DNA of 64,000 nt from Massalongia carnosa (taxonomy: Eukaryota), in contig OZ287078.1 of assembly GCA_965645245.1 (NCBI GenBank), forward strand, positions 434,001 through 498,000. The letters run 5' to 3'. Below are positions 62,160-64,000 of the stretch, piece by piece (the stretch's first letter is position 1; each line of letters opens with the position of its first letter). Below the pieces are notes generated by a model. It saw only the letters and a program-made list of their open reading frames with translations, did no database searches and had not been told where the DNA came from. Position numbers and translations under genes: made by a program.

Positions 62160-62794
62160 ATGAGTCGTCGCCCTAACCCCCGCGCTGCAGAAAGTGATGC
62201 CGCCGCCTCGGAAGCAGCAAAGGGTGCTCTAGCAGGGGCTGCGAAGGTCTGATTAACTCACCCATTTAATTTAGTCCCCTCACACGACAGCGCCTCTTAG
62301 CTCCATCCCCCATTCAGCCTTTTCTTATGTCTCCGAGAGAGAGTATCTTCGCATCAATGGCGGCATAGACTCGCTAATATCCCCGATGGTTGTGTAGCTC
62401 GGTCTCTTTGCGGCGGTTCTGGGCGCGGCAGGATATGCATTCTCTCCGCTATATAGAGGGGTAACGGTGCAGTTCAAAGTGTGCGAAGCTTGATTCCATT
62501 GCCTGTTCATGGGTTTCTCTAGCCTCTAAATCCCACCACCCTATCTCCTAACTATATCTAATACCTACTAGCTTCATTCAGCTCTCATTTATGACGTTGG
62601 GTGGCATGATCGAAGCCGATCGGCGACTGCGGGGATATGAAATCAATGTGCGGCGAGAGAACAGAAGGAGAGTAGACGAGGCGGTCTGGAAGCGGTGGGA
62701 AGAGATGCTGGAGGAGGAGCGTAATGGGGATGGAAGTACGAGGGCAGTGGAAGATCGTACAGGGAAATTGAAATGTGAGGAAAGAGAGGAGTAA
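62160..62794 (+). CDS. Small two-TM mitochondrial respiratory supercomplex factor Rcf3-like (HIG1-related) protein, three exons
   Basis: Manual splice: MSRRPNPRAAESDAAASEAAKGALAGAAK|LGLFAAVLGAAGYAFSPLYRGVTVQFKV|FIQLSFMTLGGMIEADRRLRGYE...*. Confidence 0.75.
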
Positions 62795-63627
62795 GAGGCT
62801 TTGGGGAGAGAGGATTGGGAGCAATACTGATAGAAATTTTGGGATTGGAGGGTCTACAAACAGAGTTGGCGCTGTGGAGATTGGCCCTTATAAGATCTCG
62901 AAGACTTGGTGCAGCAGAACCACCCTAAAGGACAAGCGCACTATAGATCATCTGTTGGAGGTCCGCGATGCTAGTCAAGCGATTTACACTGCAAGAGCAA
63001 AGTTGAGAGCGACGGGGAACTTGAAGGAGCAGCGTAAGAGGTTGAGCACAGAAACGCTAAGGGTACAGGAGAGCAAGCCCAACTATCCTGGCAACCCTTT
63101 TCCGTCTCTCCCCCAAGCTCTATCGGGCGCAAAGACCAGGTGAAAGACGTCAGGACTGCTCAGCAACGCAACTGATAGTTTCAGCGACAGCTGAATATAG
63201 GAAGACCGAATGAGCAGCCCTAGGAAATTAACAACAGGTATTTTCTCCGTAATCTGCTATGGCTTGGGCAAGGTGACCAACCAACGCCGAGGTGTTTTGA
63301 AGAGGTAAGGTAGTTTGGGGGTGAGGTTAATAAATTTTCTTGTGCTCGCCTACTATGGCGTAGGGAAAGAAGTGGCTGTCTTAGGACAACGATTTATTCC
63401 CGCCCCTTAATGATATTGTATATAGTTAGGTAGATGCTAAGTATCTGAAAAACAACACAATGAGCAGAGCGCAAGGCTTGAGCCACTAACAAGTCATAAA
63501 TAGGTAGTAGCAGGAACCCCAAGACTCATGCAACAATGAATGATTCATAACATTACTTACAGGAATAAATGTATGACTCGAGGAGTCTTGATATATTATA
63601 TGTCAAGAAGACAATCTGGCTACCAAG

Positions 63628-63770
63628 CACGCGGGGCCAAAAGAAGTTTAGTTTCCATAACCAAGACTAAGTAAGGAGACTGTTCTTTTCACTTCAAATA
63701 GTTTATGTAGTTTTCTGAAATAATAATACGTATTGAAAGTATTTTTATGTTAAATCTTCGGCCGCACGGG
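63628..63770. mobile_element. Possible degraded short MITE of the CACGCG family
   Basis: Left end cacgcggggccaaaagaagttta. Weak inverted counterpart taaatcttcggccgcacggg at 63751-63770. AT-rich interior; no TSD recoverable. Confidence 0.4.
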
Positions 63771-63779
63771 CTCTTATCT

Positions 63780-63809
63780 TGATGATGATGATGATGATGA
63801 TGATGATGT
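63780..63809. repeat. (GAT)n microsatellite
   Basis: About nine GAT units. Other microsatellites include (CTT)n at about 49684-49711 and (GTT)n at about 10163-10183. Confidence 0.9.
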
Positions 63810-64000
63810 ATTCATACTCCGATATGACACAGGCCGTAGGCCGGCCCATGCGGGCAAAGCTATCTAAGTTATGTTACATGGAAAACCTTTCACAGGTGTA
63901 AAAACCATATCCCTTGATACCCGTCCGATGTGACTTCGGGTCGACGTCGGGCGGGAGACGCAGTGCAAAAGACGTGTGGGAACTGTAATGCCTTGTGAAA

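Overview
Eukaryotic DNA from a filamentous ascomycete (Pezizomycotina): short GT-AG introns with CTRAY branch sites; the exact taxon cannot be determined from the sequence. The window holds about 18 recognisable genes: the CPA1/arg-2 5' end with a spliced arginine-attenuator uORF, an ammonium transporter, a GGQ release-factor-like gene, a divergent GH3 protein, CENP-I/Mis6, an SPT small subunit, actin, Fes1, Der1, CenH3, Scc4, an Eht1-like hydrolase, Loc1, Vps68, Pet127, a PH+LRR protein, SUR1 and an Rcf3-like gene. It also holds one small secreted Cys-rich gene, two host-gene pseudogenes and several DNA transposons. The most striking observation is a family of elements ending in CACGCG: one autonomous 1286-bp copy with an intact Tc1/IS630-type DD37E transposase, plus related MITEs. 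The two copies with intact ends each show a different 5-bp target-site duplication (GGTGG, CTTGC) instead of the TA expected for Tc1/mariner. The GGTGG duplication is independently supported because removing it restores the C-terminus of the kinase pseudogene the element interrupts. Other items worth checking: a 64-nt tRNA-like fold without an anticodon arm, a TACATA excision-type footprint inside a pogo/Fot1 transposase, a GH3 protein lacking the KHFPGHG motif, and recurrent C-rich-to-G-rich skew domains. All protein assignments come from motif recognition by eye; no database search was run.
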